Source of the DNA: Ranitomeya imitator
Taxonomy: Eukaryota
NCBI RefSeq assembly: GCF_032444005.1
Contig: NC_091288.1
Coordinates: forward strand, 207,638,001-207,702,000
Length of the DNA stretch: 64,000 nucleotides
Reading direction: 5' to 3'
Below are positions 25,250-38,349 of this stretch, piece by piece. A model generated the notes under the pieces. It had not been told where the DNA came from. It saw only the letters and a program-made list of their open reading frames with translations, and did no database searches. Numbering within the stretch: position 1 is the stretch's first letter; each line of letters begins with the position of its first letter. The position numbers and the translations under genes are program-made.

Positions 25250-26749
25250 TTTAGGGACTCTATAGCGACAGAGTCTGTTACGCAGGACTGGCGCATAGCA
25301 AATGTGGTGCCAATATTCAAAAAGGGCTCTAAAAGTGAACCTGGAAATTATCGGCCAGTAAGTCTAACCTGTATTGTTGGTAAAATATTTGAAGGGTTTC
25401 TGAGGGATGTTATTCTGGATTATCTCAATGAGAATAACTGTTTAACTCCATATCAGCATGGGTTTATGAGAAATCGCTCCTGTCAAACCAATCTAATCAG
25501 TTTTTATGAAGAGGTAAGCTATAGACTGGACCACGGTGAGTCATTGGACGTGGTATATCTCGATTTTTCCAAAGCGTTTGATACCGTGCCGCACAAGAGG
25601 TTGGTACACAAAATGAGAATGCTTGGTCTGGGGGAAAATGTGTGTAAATGGGTTAGTAACTGGCTTAGTGATAGAAAGCAGAGGGTGGTTATAAATGGTA
25701 TAGTCTCTAACTGGGTCGCTGTGGCCAGTGGGGTACCGCAGGGGTCAGTATTGGGACCTGTTCTCTTCAACATATTCATTAATGATCTGGTAGAAGGTTT
25801 ACACAGTAAAATATCGATATTTGCAGATGATACAAAACTATGTAAAGCAGTTAATACAAGAGAAGATAGTATTCTGCTACAGATGGATCTGGATAGGTTG
25901 GAAACTTGGGCTGAAAGGTGGCAGATGAGGTTTAACAATGATAAATGTAAGGTTATACACATGGGAAGAAGGAATCAATATCACCATTACACACTGAATG
26001 GGAAACCACTGGGTAAATCTGACAGGGAGAAGGACTTGGGGATCCTAGTTAATGATAAACTTACCTGGAGCAGCCAGTGCCAGGCAGCAGCTGCCAAGGC
26101 AAACAGGATCATGGGGTGCATTAAAAGAGGTCTGGATACACATGATGAGAGCATTATACTGCCTCTGTACAAATCCCTAGTTAGACCGCACATGGAGTAC
26201 TGTGTCCAGTTTTGGGCACCGGTGCTCAGGAAGGATATAATGGAACTAGAGAGAGTACAAAGGAGGGCAACAAAATTAATAAAGGGGATGGGAGAACTAC
26301 AATACCCAGATAGATTAGCGAAATTAGGATTATTTAGTCTAGAAAAAAGACGACTGAGGGGCGATCTAATAACCATGTATAAGTATATAAGGGGACAATA
26401 CAAATATCTCGCTGAGGATCTGTTTATACCAAGGAAGGTGACGGGCACAAGGGGGCATTCTTTGCGTCTGGAGGAGAGAAGGTTTTTCCACCAACATAGA
26501 AGAGGATTCTTTACTGTTAGGGCAGTGAGAATCTGGAATTGCTTGCCTGAGGAGGTGGTGATGGCGAACTCAGTCGAGGGGTTCAAGAGAGGCCTGGATG
26601 TCTTCCTGGAGCAGAACAATATTGTATCATACAATTAGGTTCTGTAGAAGGACGTAGATCTGGGGATTTATTATGATGGAATATAGGCTGAACTGGATGG
26701 ACAAATGTCTTTTTTCAGCCTCACTAACTATGTTACTATGTTACTATGT
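25250..26749 (+). mobile_element. 5'-truncated CR1 LINE (RT ORF 25304-26638) with intact 3' tail
   Basis: Open RT domain. Ends in the CR1-type (CTATGTTA)n octamer tail at about 26728-26749. Nearly identical to 57500-58819. Confidence 0.96.
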
Positions 26750-27522
26750 AATACAGCAAAAAAAAAAAAAAGGCCTGGGTTTTATAATCAGGCAGGTGGC
26801 CTTGAGAGTTGCTGAGCAAAGCTACCGCTTCAATATCTGGCTGGTCAAACAGGTCACAAACTCACAGATCATAAAGTAATGGCACATCCTAGCAATATGG
26901 TATCACTTATAGCTCAGACTGTCTGACAATGGAGCCACCACTTCTCCCGCTCTCTAATTTATTATTATAAAATACACATATTTGCTCTTGCTGCGTTAAA
27001 GTCCAATCCATTAAAATAGAAAATTAATATGTGGTAAGAAGAGAACGCCGGCACCATTAATAAACTCATGTATCATAATTGGACATCCGCACAAACCTTT
27101 GCAACTTGCTTGGGATTTCCAGGTGCTTCACCTCATAAGATATGGATAAAATATCCAAGCAAAAAATTGGTGGCCCTCACAATCCCATAAAAATTCTTCT
27201 TTAATTTCTATGAACCTTAATACATGGATTCAGGATAATGCAGGTACAAAGATGGACGACAACTGTTTTGCGTGCAATGGAGCTTCAACAGACTAATTGA
27301 AGCGTTATTTTGCTCGAAACGGCTGTCGCCCACCTCTTAACCTGCATTATCCTGAATCCATGTTTTAAGGTTCATTGAAAAAAAAAGAAGAATTTTTATG
27401 GGATTGTGAGCGCTGCCAATTTTTTCTTTGCTTTAATTAAGTTTATAAAAGATCCAATGGATATATGGCGTATTGAGGGGAAAAAAAAACATGCTAGAAT
27501 TACAATTTTTTGGATACCGCAA

Positions 27523-28192
27523 TCTAATATATAAAGCTGAATGTGTGTGTATGTATGTGTGTATGTCCGGGTTTGGCATCTGCACCGTCGCAGCTACAGC
27601 CACAAAATTTTTCACAGTCACACGTATGGTCCCCGAGAGCGTTATAGGCTATGTTGTGAGGCAAAATTTTAACCCCGTGCGTTCCAATTCACCAAACAAT
27701 TTTGCCCCTATCTACATAATGGGGGAAAAGTGAAAGGAAAAGTGTTGGGAGGCAAATTGACAGCCGGAAGGAGATGACATAGGTATATACTATTTACAGG
27801 GGAGATGACATACAGGTATATACTATATACAGGAGATGACATACAGGTGTATACTATATATAAGGGAGATGACAAACATGTATATACTGAGAGGAAAATG
27901 AGAAGTGTGAGGTGAAAATGAGAGGTGTGAGTGCAAAATGAGAGGAGTGAGGGAAAATAGTGGGGTGATCGGAAAATGACAGATGTGAGGTCGAAATGAC
28001 AAGTGTTAGGGGGGAATGAGAGGAGTGAGGGGGAAAATAAGAGGAGTGAGGGGAAAAATGAGAGGTGTAAGGGAGAAAATGAGAGGTGTGAGAGGGAAAA
28101 TGAGAGGCGTGATGGGAAAATAAGAGAAGTGAGGTGCTATAACTAACCACAGATATTTACTATGCCCAGGCAACGCCGGGCTCTTCAGCTAG
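27523..28192 (+). mobile_element. Non-autonomous Helitron
   Basis: 5' TC and 3' CTAG, inserted between A and T. Subterminal hairpin CCCAGGCAACGCCGGG about 10 nt before CTAG. Internal (TG)n and purine-rich repeats. Confidence 0.8.
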
Positions 28193-29568
28193 TAGTGCAA
28201 TAAAAGGCAATCAAAACATGGTATCTACCCAAAAATGTATCAGTAAAAATGTCAGCTCAGGGCGCAAAAAATGAGCACTCACTCAGCCCCAGATCCTGAA
28301 CATTGAAACATCACAGGGCTCGGAAAACGGCGGCACAAGCAAAAAATGTTATTTTTTTTTTACAAATTTCTGAATATTTCTTCACTGCGTAAAAAACAAA
28401 ATCACAACATATAGATATTTTCCAGATCAGTAACGATTGTGCAATTTCAACGCACTTAGAAAATTTTTTCCCTTACTTTCCAGTGCATCACATGATAAAG
28501 TGAAAATTACAACTTGACCTGTAAAATAAATCAACAAGCCCAAGCCATCATATGGCTATGTGGACAGCAAAATAAAAAAAAAGCTATGGCTCTAGGAAGA
28601 AAGTGAGGAAAAAACCGAACATGAAAAAACAGAAATTGGCCGCGGCGTGAATTGGTTAAAGGCTGTAGAAGGGAAAATATTTAATAGTTGCACACATCCA
28701 GGGGGACCTTTGTGAGCCTGAAAAGTTCCCTATGCCACATAAGAACACACCGCTATTTAACATGGTAGCTGGGGGCCTATGGCGGTCCCAAATTTACCTT
28801 CACTGTCCCAATATTTTTAGAAACAGACCCAATAAATTTGGGTATGTCCTGGTCTGAAACTGTACAGGTTTTGTTCGATTCATGACCAATAGTTATTCCC
28901 ACCTTCCTTTGGCCAGTCACCATTTTACCAAGGCAAATATGAAGGCCTTGGTAGGAGATAGACAGCCCTATACCTTATAGTTTTTTAAAAATATATATAT
29001 ATATGTATACAAAAAAAAATACTAATGCATAAAGCAAATAGAAAACTGTATTTATTAAGAAAACGGTTCATTAATATAAATGTTCAAAATTCCGGCATTT
29101 ATCACAATTTTCCTCTCATTGTAAAAAGATTTGTATGATTTAAATAAAGTTTATTGAAGTTCTGCCATTTTCAAATCTATGAATCCCTCTGCTGCCCATA
29201 GCAACCAATCACAGCAGAGCTTTCATTTTGTATTCTGCTTTTCAGAAATGAAAACTGCCCTGTGATTGGTAACTGCAAGAGGACAACAACTATACTGACC
29301 CAGTCCGTGCCGCTGAGGGGCTTTTTACAAGCTTTTATTTTTGAGCTGTGGCAAAATGAACACATAAAAGTACATTAGATAATGGCAGAACTATTCATTA
29401 CACAGCATATACGTTATATTAACAGAAAGTTAAAAAAAACCTGGGGAGTTCCAAGACAAAAGTCCATTATCAGATTAAATAAATTATATATAATTATATT
29501 CCGCCCCTGCATCGGTTACAGGGGTATTCCCATCTCAATGATCCTATTCCAATATGGAGTAAGTGTAA

Positions 29569-29764
29569 GGCCGGGATCACACATGTGAGAAACACGTCCG
29601 AGTCTCGCATGTGAAATCCAAGCTCTGGCACCGGCACTTGGGAGCGGAGCGTGCGGCTCCATGTGTTGCTATGCGGCCGCCCGCTCCGCTCCACAGTGCC
29701 GGCACCAGAACTTGGATTTCACATGCGAGACTCGGACGTGTTTCTCACATGTGTGATCCCGGCC
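29569..29764. mobile_element. PIF/Harbinger-type MITE (TAA TSD, long TIRs)
   Basis: TAA|GGCCGGGATCACACATGTGAGAAACACGTCCGAG..CTCGGACGTGTTTCTCACATGTGTGATCCCGGCC|TAA. Confidence 0.85.
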
Positions 29765-29889
29765 TAATAATAATAATAGCAATACCTTCAATTAGAAATG
29801 TAGTATAGTTGTTCTGATTAGCTGTGTCACCCCATGTGCAAGGCATTGCGGTAGGTTAGATATCCATGGTTACTACCACTGATAACTAA

Positions 29890-30344
29890 GGCCGGAGCCA
29901 CGCTTACCGTATAAAAAAATCGGTCCGATTTTGACAGCTGAAAATCGCACAAATGATCCCGAACAGTGATCCGTATATTATCCGTATGCAATGCGATTTT
30001 ACCATGAGCTTTTACATACAGCAGGTCTCTCTATGTAAAAGCTCATGCTAAAATCGCATTGCATACGGATGTCACACTGATGGTCCGTGTGCGGTACGTG
30101 TTTTACACGGACCCATTGACTTTAATGGGTCCGTGTAATCCGTGCGCTCCCACGAACACTGACATGTCTCCGTGATTTGCACACGGAGACACGGTCCGTG
30201 AAAACACGCTGACATGTGCAGAGACACATTGATTTCAATGTGTCTACGTGAGTCAGTGTCTCCGGTACGTGAGGAAACTGTCACCACACGTACCGGAGCC
30301 ACTGACGTGTGAAACCGGCCTTATGGTCTAGTGAGACTCCGGCC
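29890..30344. mobile_element. PIF/Harbinger-type MITE(s), probably nested
   Basis: TAA|GGCCGGAG..CTCCGGCC|TAA, with a second terminus GTGTGAAACCGGCC|TTA at 30320. Confidence 0.65.
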
Positions 30345-30726
30345 TAATTGTCACTACATGGGTGGTCGTAATCATGGGTACCTTAGCTGCTGCAATGCCC
30401 TGCACATGGGGAAAGTGACATAACTAATCAGAAGAACTATACTACATCTCTAATTTGAGGTATTTGCTTTGAAAAATTATTATTATTATTACTATTATTA
30501 CCCATTACATATTGGGATAGGATCTTGGAGATGGAAATATCTCTTAAGGCTGTTTTAACATGTTGCTGCCACAAGGTTAGCAAAATGTTCATTTTTTTAA
30601 TGCCGATTTTCCAATATCATGGCATAAAAAAGTTTTAATTGCGATGCAATCGCCGCAAGAAGCGCAATGCACCAGCGCAGTCTTTGTTTCTTTATCTAGG
30701 GCCATGGAGGGGGTCCTATTACTTAA

Positions 30727-31046
30727 AGGGACACTGTCACCTGAATTTGGAGGGAACAATCTTCAGCCATGGAGGCGGGGTTTTTGATTCACCCTTTCCT
30801 TACCCGCTGGTTGCATGCTGGCTGCAATATTGGATTGAAGTTCATTCTCTGTCCTCCATAGTACACGCCTGCACTGTGCAAGATTGCTTTGTGCAGGCGT
30901 GTACTACGGAGGACAGAGAATGAACTTCAATCCAATATTGCAGCCAGCATGCAGCCAGCGGGTAAGGAAAGGGTGAATCAAAAACCCCCAAACCCCGCCT
31001 CCATGGCTGAAGATTGTTCCCTCCAAATTCAGGTGACAGTGTCCCT
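30727..31046. mobile_element. T2/Kolobok-type foldback MITE (320-bp near-perfect palindrome)
   Basis: TTAA|AGGGACACTGTCACCTGAATTTGGAGGG..CCCTCCAAATTCAGGTGACAGTGTCCCT|TTAA. Confidence 0.9.
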
Positions 31047-32438
31047 TTAAGCTATGCTCACACAGCTATTTTTGTAGGCATAAAAAGCCAATTTGTTCAA
31101 GCAAAATCATTTTTTTTATAACCCAAAGTGGTATTGAAATTAATTTTTTTTCTCGCATACTGACAGCAAAATCTGTACCATATTCCATGTGGAATCTTCC
31201 TCAAATAAGTGACGTAACTTTTAAAAAAATTTTTTTTACAGTTTTTCCCCTTGGACTATTTTTCAAAATCTTATTGGGAATTAAAAAAACAACATTCTTA
31301 TGAGCAGCAGCTTGAATTTTCCAATGAAATTAATAGGAAGAGTAATATTGTATTTATGCAGTTTAGGAGGAGAATTCTGGAACAGATTTACAGTAAAAAT
31401 CCTGCTTATACAGAACTGCATGTACAAATCTTCAAAATCAACTTCAAATACTGTACTGTTCCGATTACTTCAACGGAAATCAGCTTTGCTTTTCATAAGG
31501 AGAGTTTGAGCTTTTTTTGTAATAAGGTCTTGAAAAACGTCGTCCTCTCGGAATCTAACAAGTCAAAAGGCTGCAAAGCAGTGTGGAAAACGGTAGATTC
31601 TTTTGAAGACAGAAAAAAAAAATCTGATTAGTTTTTCAAGAGGAAACCACTTCAGGAGACTTTTTTTGGAGGTTTTTTTTCTTCCGGGAGGCATTTTGAA
31701 TTTTTTTTTCTCCATACTGCGTTTTGCAGCTTCCTGACCCCATGTCAAGTTCGGAGAGGATTCTTTGAGGATGTGTAGCTTTTATTTCCCCACAGGGCAT
31801 TTTTCAAAACCTTATTGATAAGAAAAATGTATTTTTCACTGAAATAAACAGGGAGATTATTCAAAGCGTATGAAATAAATGAAAAAATAAAAATCAAACA
31901 GTATTTTGGATTAGATCCGCTTTTAAATCCTAGCCAAGTGCTTTAATAACCTCTTCAAAGCCATTTCAAGAGAACCCCCCTGCAAAAAAAAAAAAATAAT
32001 AAAAAAAACTTCTTGAAAACCTTGTCAGATTTTTTTTGTCTCCCAAGAACCTTAGTGTGAACTTGGCCTTGTACTGCACTGTTGCTACAGCAAGGGTCCC
32101 TATAACCCCAGGGACAGCGATAGGGAGTGGTACATTGAGGTCTCAGTATGGATGCCACAGCTACAATAGTCGTACGGGAGCATTCACGGCCAAGTAAGTA
32201 GCTGCTGTGCAATCGAAGGATCCCAGTGGTTGGACCCCCAGAAATCTAAGATTTTATAATTTCCTATGTGATAATGGAATTATGGGGGTGGAACGTAAAT
32301 AATCCAAACAATAGAAAATAGAGGGTCCCTATGTCAAGCACAGCTCTGCGGTGGGCAGGCCCAGTATATGAGTTCTGTGCGGAGCGCTCCTTTGTGGAGC
32401 TGTCGGCATGATAGGACATGGCAGTGCTTGTGATCCGG

Positions 32439-35400
32439 TTACTCCGCTTCCTCGGTGCCTTCCAGGACCTCACTAAGCAGCTGGATCTGTCGGCTCATCT
32501 GTGAGGAGAGACTCTCCATCCTCCGCGCCTTCTGGCGCAGCTTGTGCAGCTGTTTGTTGTAGGTCTCTTTGAGTTCCATGTAGCAGTTGTGCTGGTCTCG
32601 GTTTGCGGGGGTCAGCAGCGCTCCGCACCCCATGTGACACATCTCGCTCCAATACTCGCAGCTTTGGCTGTGGTCACCTATGTCTTTCCTCATCACCTGG
32701 GCAGGACATCCATCATTAGTGCAGACCACCAGTCCGAAAGCGCACGACTCTGCGTGTTCCTCGCTCCTCAGCAGAGGGAAGAGGGCTGGGCAGCCATTCT
32801 GCTCGTTAGGACACTGATAATTAAGACAGATACATTGTTATAGACCTTAAAGTGGATTTATCACTGGGAACAAAATATGTATTTTATTACTTGTTGTAAA
32901 TGCCGCTGTTCCCCTGAATCCAGCAGTGTATTTCTTGTCTTCCTGCACCTCTCCATTCCTGAGATAAAACCCTTTCTTCCCTGTATAAATCTAGTCTTTT
33001 AGCCAACTGGGTGTGACCCTTGGAAAGACACCCACAGAGAAGAGTTGGGATCATACAGGGAAGAAGCTGCTACATCGCAACAGAGAGGTAGATGAACAAA
33101 AGAAAAACAACGGATTCAGGAGAATGGCGGCATTTACACCAAATTAAATTTTTTTTTCCATATTTGTGGTAAGTGACAGATCTACTTTAAGGGTTTAAAG
33201 GGGTTGCACAAAATGAAAGAACAAAACATGGCCGCTTTTCTTCTGTCAAGACTGCTCTGCACCTGTTTGCAGTCTCTGAAAGCTCTCTGCAATGGAGCCG
33301 CAAAACCAGACAATCCGTGGAAGGGGTGACGCGGTTTCTGGAAGAAAGCAGACGTGCTTTGGGTTTCATTTCACCGCCATTTTGAAGAACTTTCCTATCA
33401 GTAACTGCAATTATCCTTGGTTAGATCCAATCAGACATTCCAACCTGCTGGCACCGGGGCACAGGGCCATTAAAGGTCATTTCAGACATTTTGTGACAGA
33501 TTAAGTATTTCATTTACACTCTTTTCTAGATCATCACTCTCATTAGATCATGAAGAAGTCTATGGCCGCCTTATCTCCTTTACCTTGACTTGCAGACTGT
33601 TGATTTTCTTCTTCAGCTTATGCATCTGTACATAGAGTTTACCCCTCACTTCAGTTCTACAGCATGGGCAGGTCTGCTGTCTGGGAAAAGCAAGTGCAAT
33701 CAAACAACGGAAATGACCACAATTTACGGTCTGAGAACCATTAAACTGCTTTTTATGGAGCTGATTTTCAAATTTCCATCATAGGAAGTTAACTAAGCTG
33801 GTATTTTTCACGTATTTAAACCAGTAGTAATATCCTATTATGTTTAGGGTAGAGTACACGCTATTTAAAATGACGTTTCTAAAAATAAATAACATCCACC
33901 TGAAGACCCTCGCTCTGTAACAAAGGAAAAATAATAAACCAACAATATACATACCCTCCGTTGATCTGTAACGTCCCACAATGTAAATCCATCTGAAGGG
34001 GTTAAAATATTTTACAGGCAGGAGCTCTGCTATAATGCAGCTGTGCTCGTGCCTGTAAACCCCGGGGAATGAAGGTAATGTAGGTCAATGGCCTATAGTT
34101 ACCTTCATTCTCGGTGATGCGTCCTCTGCTGGATGTCCTCATATGACCTCGAGCCTGGGAACTTTCCTGGAAAGCTCCCAGGCTCGAGTTCATATGAGGA
34201 CATCCAGCAGAGGGCGCCTCACCGCGAATGAAGGTAACTACAGGTCATTGACCTACATTACCTTCATTCCCCGGGGTTTACAGGCACGAGCACAGCTGCA
34301 TTATAGCAGAGCTCCTGCCTGTAAAATATTTTAACCCCTTCAGATGGATTTACATCGTGGGACGTTACAGATCAACGGAAGGTATGTATATTGTTGGTTT
34401 ATTTTTTTTTTGTTACAGAGCGAGGGTGTTCAGGTGGATTGAGAGAGCAATAAAATATTAAAACAACCTGTGTGTTTATTTCATTAAAATACTTTTTAAT
34501 AATGTTTTTTTAACCCTTTCATACAATTGGATTAATAATTGATAGGTGTCATAATTGACACCTCTCCATTATTAATCTGGCTTAATGTCACCTTACAATA
34601 GCAAGGTGACATTAACCCTTCATTACCCCATATCCCACCACTACACAGGAATGGGAAGAGTGGCCAAGTGCCAGAATAGGCGCATCTTCCAGATGTGCCT
34701 TTTCTGGGGTGGCTGGGGGCAGGTGTTTTTAGCCAGGGGGGGGCCAATAACCGTGGACCCTCTCCAGGCTATTAATATCTGCCCTCAGTCACTGGCTTTA
34801 CTACTCTGGCGGAGAAAATTGTGCGGAAGCCCACACCAATTTTCTCCGCCATTTAACCCTTAAATTTATTAGCTAGAGCGCCCAAATTTTGCACATACAC
34901 ACTGCTAACATTAGTAGTGTGGAATATGCAAAAAATGGGGATATGAGATGGTTTACTGTATGTAAACCATGTCTCATCATGTCGGGTTTAGGAAGGAGAT
35001 CGCAAAAGCCGGCAACTGAATTACCGGCTTTAAAGCTATCTCGCGCTGGATGAAATATTAATATATATACATATGTGTCTCACTGACATAATATATATTA
35101 TATATATAGATAGTACATACAGTGGGGCAAAAAAGTATTTAGTCAGTCAGCAATAGTGCAAGTTCCACCACTTAAAAAGATGAGAGGCGTCTGTAATTTA
35201 CATCATAGGTAGACCTCAACTATGGGAGACAAACTGAGAAAAAAAATCCAGAAAATCACATTGTCTGTTTTTTTAACATTTTATTTGCATATTATGGTGG
35301 AAAATAAGTATTTGGTCAGAAACAAAATTTCATCTCAATACTTTGTAATATATCCTTTGTTGGCAATGACAGAGGTCAAACGTTTTCTGTAAGTCTTCAC

Positions 35401-37336
35401 AAGGTTGCCACACACTGTTGTTGGTATGTTGGCCCATTCCTCCATGCAGATCTCCTCTAGAGCAGTGATGTTTTTGGCTTTTCGCTTGGCAACACGGACT
35501 TTCAACTCCCTCCAAAGGTTTTCTATAGGGTTGAGATCTGGAGACTGGCTAGGCCACTCCAGGACCTTGAAATGCTTCTTACGAAGCCACTCCTTCGTTG
35601 CCCTGGCGGTGTGCTTTGGATCATTGTCATGTTGAAAGACCCAGCCACGTTTCATCTTCAATGCCCTTGCTGATGGAAGGAGGTTTGCACTCAAAATCTC
35701 ACGATACATGGCCCCATTCATTCTTTCATGTACCCGGATCAGTCGTCCTGGCCCCTTTGCAGAGAAACAGCCCCAAAGCATGATGTTTCCACCACCATGC
35801 TTTACAGTAGGTATGGTGTTTGATGGATGCAACTCAGTATTCTTTTTCCTCCAAACACGACAAGTTGTGTTTCTACCAAACAGTTCCAGTTTGGTTTCAT
35901 CAGACCATACGACATTCTCCCAAAACTCCTCTGGATCATCCAAATGCTCTCTAGCAAACTTCAGACGGGCCCGGACATCTACTGGCTTAAGCAGTGGGAC
36001 ACGTCTGGCACTGCAGGATCTGAGTCCATGGTGGCGTAGTGTGTTACTTATGGTAGGCCTTGTTACATTGGTCCCAGCTCTCTGCAGTTCATTCACTAGG
36101 TCCCCCCGCGTGGTTCTGTGATTTTTGCTCCCCGTTCTTGTGATCATTCTGACCCCACGGGGTGGGATTTTGCGTGGAGCCCCAGATCGAGGGAGATTAT
36201 CAGTGGTCTTGTATGTCTTCCATTTTCTAATTATTGCTCCCACTGTTGATTTCTTCACTCCAAGCTGGTTGGCTATTGCAGATTCAGTCTTCCCAGCCTG
36301 GTGCAGGACTACAATTTTGTTTCTGGTGTCCTTTGACAGCTCTTTGGTCTTCACCATAGTGGAGTTTGGAGTCAGACTGTTTGATGGTGTGCACAGGTGT
36401 CTTTTTATACTGATAACAAGTTTAAACAGGTGCCATTACTACAGGTAATGAGTGGAGGAAAGAGGAGACTCTTAAAGAAGAAGTTACAGGTCTGTGAGAG
36501 CCAGAAATCTTGATTGTTTGTTTCTGACCAAATACTTATTTTCCACCATAATATGCAAAAAAATGATAAAAAAACAGACAATGTGATTTTCTGGATTTTT
36601 TTTTCTCAGTTTGTCTCCCATAGTTGAGGTCTACCTATGATGTAAATTACAGACGCCTCTCATCTTTTTAAGTGGTGGAACTTGCACTATTGCTGACTGA
36701 CTAAATACTTTTTTGCCCCACTGTATGTTTTTATGTTTTTGGGAGCACATGGATCCATTGTATGTCCGTATGTCGGTTTTGCAAGCCTGCGAGAAAATCT
36801 CGCAGTACGGATGCCATACGGATTACATACGGATGCCATGCGCAAAATACGCTGACACACCCTGCCTACGGAGGAGATACGGACCACTATTTTGGGGACT
36901 TTTCTGCGTATTACGGCCATAAATTACAGACCGTATTTTTATACGCCGAGCGTGACGCCGGCCTTATTACTACATTTTCCCTGATTTTCTCACCTTTTTA
37001 GCCATTGTAAAATGCATTTTCTGCAGAAGATGTGCCCGCAGGAGATCATGACCGGGCACCTGAGCACACCATGGCAGATGGAGCACAGCAGGTCGTCATC
37101 TGGATGTTCTGTAAATATATCTAGATCGTATCCACCTCCCTGAAAACATGGAAGCACCAGAGGCATCAGGTCATTAATACAAGGTCAGCGGGACGGGGAA
37201 GCCATGGACCACATCACAGCCACCCTGCGTCCTGGCTCACGGGGACCTTACAGCTATGATGTTGCCCCCGTAAAAGCCCAAGTACCCACTGGAGACCTTA
37301 AATGTCCCCGGCACACGTCACTCCAGTACATACCAT
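32439..37336 (-). CDS. RNF151: RING finger protein 151 (RING + TRAF-type zinc finger, about 206 aa); exons 37334-37336 (ATG only), 36994-37139, 33584-33680, 32439-32813
   Basis: [57 protein letters not shown] (C3HC4 RING), then [37 protein letters not shown]. Canonical splice sites; ATG|GTATGT donor upstream. Syntenic position between TBL3 and RPS2. The ATG-only exon is the least certain part. Confidence 0.9.
32851..33186. mobile_element. T2/Kolobok-type MITE in RNF151 intron 3
   Basis: TTAA|AGTGGATTTATCAC..GTGACAGATCTACT|TTAA. Confidence 0.75.
35120..36723 (-). mobile_element. Full-length Tc1-like DNA transposon (1604 bp, 207-bp TIRs, TA TSD)
   Basis: TA|CAGTGGGGCAAAAAAGTATTTAG..CTAAATACTTTTTTGCCCCACTG|TA. 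TIRs 35120-35326 and 36517-36723 differ at about 2 positions. Lies in RNF151 intron 2. Confidence 0.97.
35335..36357 (-). CDS. Intact DD34E Tc1 transposase, 340 aa
   Basis: [41 protein letters not shown], with 34 residues between D and E and no stops or frameshifts. Confidence 0.95.
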   Translation of the reverse strand: MVKTKELSKDTRNKIVVLHQAGKTESAIANQLGVKKSTVGAIIRKWKTYKTTDNLPRSGAPRKIPPRGVRMITRTGSKNHRTTRGDLVNELQRAGTNVTRPTISNTLRHHGLRSCSARRVPLLKPVDVRARLKFAREHLDDPEEFWENVVWSDETKLELFGRNTTCRVWRKKNTELHPSNTIPTVKHGGGNIMLWGCFSAKGPGRLIRVHERMNGAMYREILSANLLPSARALKMKRGWVFQHDNDPKHTARATKEWLRKKHFKVLEWPSQSPDLNPIENLWRELKVRVAKRKAKNITALEEICMEEWANIPTTVCGNLVKTYRKRLTSVIANKGYITKY

Positions 37337-38349
37337 AGTGTATATGTACGCTCCACTGCCCCAGGGAATCTGTCACATTACACTTACCACGGCCGGTCCC
37401 AGGGCAGCCATCCACCACTAGGCTCTTTCTAGATCCAGGTCATTCATCACCCTGATCATGTGCGGCCGGCTGACCCCCGTCACATATTTCCACGTCAGCA
37501 TTTATTCTGGGCACGGCCCACTATTGGCTCTGCAGATCAATGGGTAACTAGATTCCTAGCTGTGTATTGTCATCAGCCTGAAGAATACTGCACAATGCAG
37601 GACAGGAGGCTACGTGCGGAAAATGTCAGGAGGCAAAAACTTCTGTAGATAAAGTACAACTTTATTGAAAATTAAGCAACACAACAAGTAGCAAAACCTA
37701 CTGTAAAAATTCAATCATATGCTAAGGACCTGCAAAAGGGAGGAATGGCAACTATATTTTAGGTCCTTTCAAGCACGAGAAGGCACAGTTATCGGACTCT
37801 GGGCATGGCTCTTATATTAGTTCCCCTCGTGATCCTTAGAGGCCAGTATGTGCTCTCCGGCACGACCCATTGTGCGGGCAGCTGCCTGTATGACGTCCAT
37901 GTACCATCTGCCAGCCATTACCCTACCTGGCAGGCATCGGTCACAACAGCTAGTGTGGCACGGAGCGGTGACAAAAACCCTTTAAGCCCCAGGATACTGT
38001 GATTTTGGCCATGACCGGTTTGCCGCTGTGCCATTAACGTGGACAACTTTAACTCCTAGTTTTTGGGACTTAGGAGCCAAATTATAGTATTTGGTCTCTA
38101 CACTAAAGCAAGTTTTATACAGAATTTCGGAGGGGACCGGTTTGCCATTTTGTGGATTTTCTGAACCGGTGATCACGATCTCACACTTTGGTCTTGGTCA
38201 TTTGTCTCGCTCCCATCACACTTAAGATCGGTCCCTTACTGTCCTAACATTGAAATTGCAACACAAAGAAGTAAAAGTTGTGGAATGATGGAATTCACAA
38301 ACAAGTTAATGATCTGGAAATGGTGAGAAACGGAAAAAAACATCAGGAT

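Larger units (their letters stand above)
33894..36963. mobile_element. Harbinger-type non-autonomous element (same family as 61873-63136), containing a foldback of about 550 bp and interrupted by the intact Tc1
   Basis: Terminus GAGCGTGACGCCGGCC|TTA at 36963. Interior 34600-35100 is the reverse complement of 62130-62660. Inverted repeat centred at 34168. Left boundary uncertain. Confidence 0.7.

Noticed and set aside
25519-26634. Antisense ORFs over the CR1 RT (also 57177-58848) and over Tc1 ORFs
   Set aside because: Shadow ORFs of the sense-strand coding sequence.
31251-31631. 126-aa plus-strand ORF
   Set aside because: AT-rich, TTG start, no splice context or recognisable domain.
37388-37529. 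Exon-like segment with a strong GTG|GTAAGT donor upstream of RNF151, suggesting a non-AUG start
   Set aside because: All three frames contain stops, and a canonical ATG|GTATGT donor exists at 37334-37336; at most this is a 5'UTR exon.
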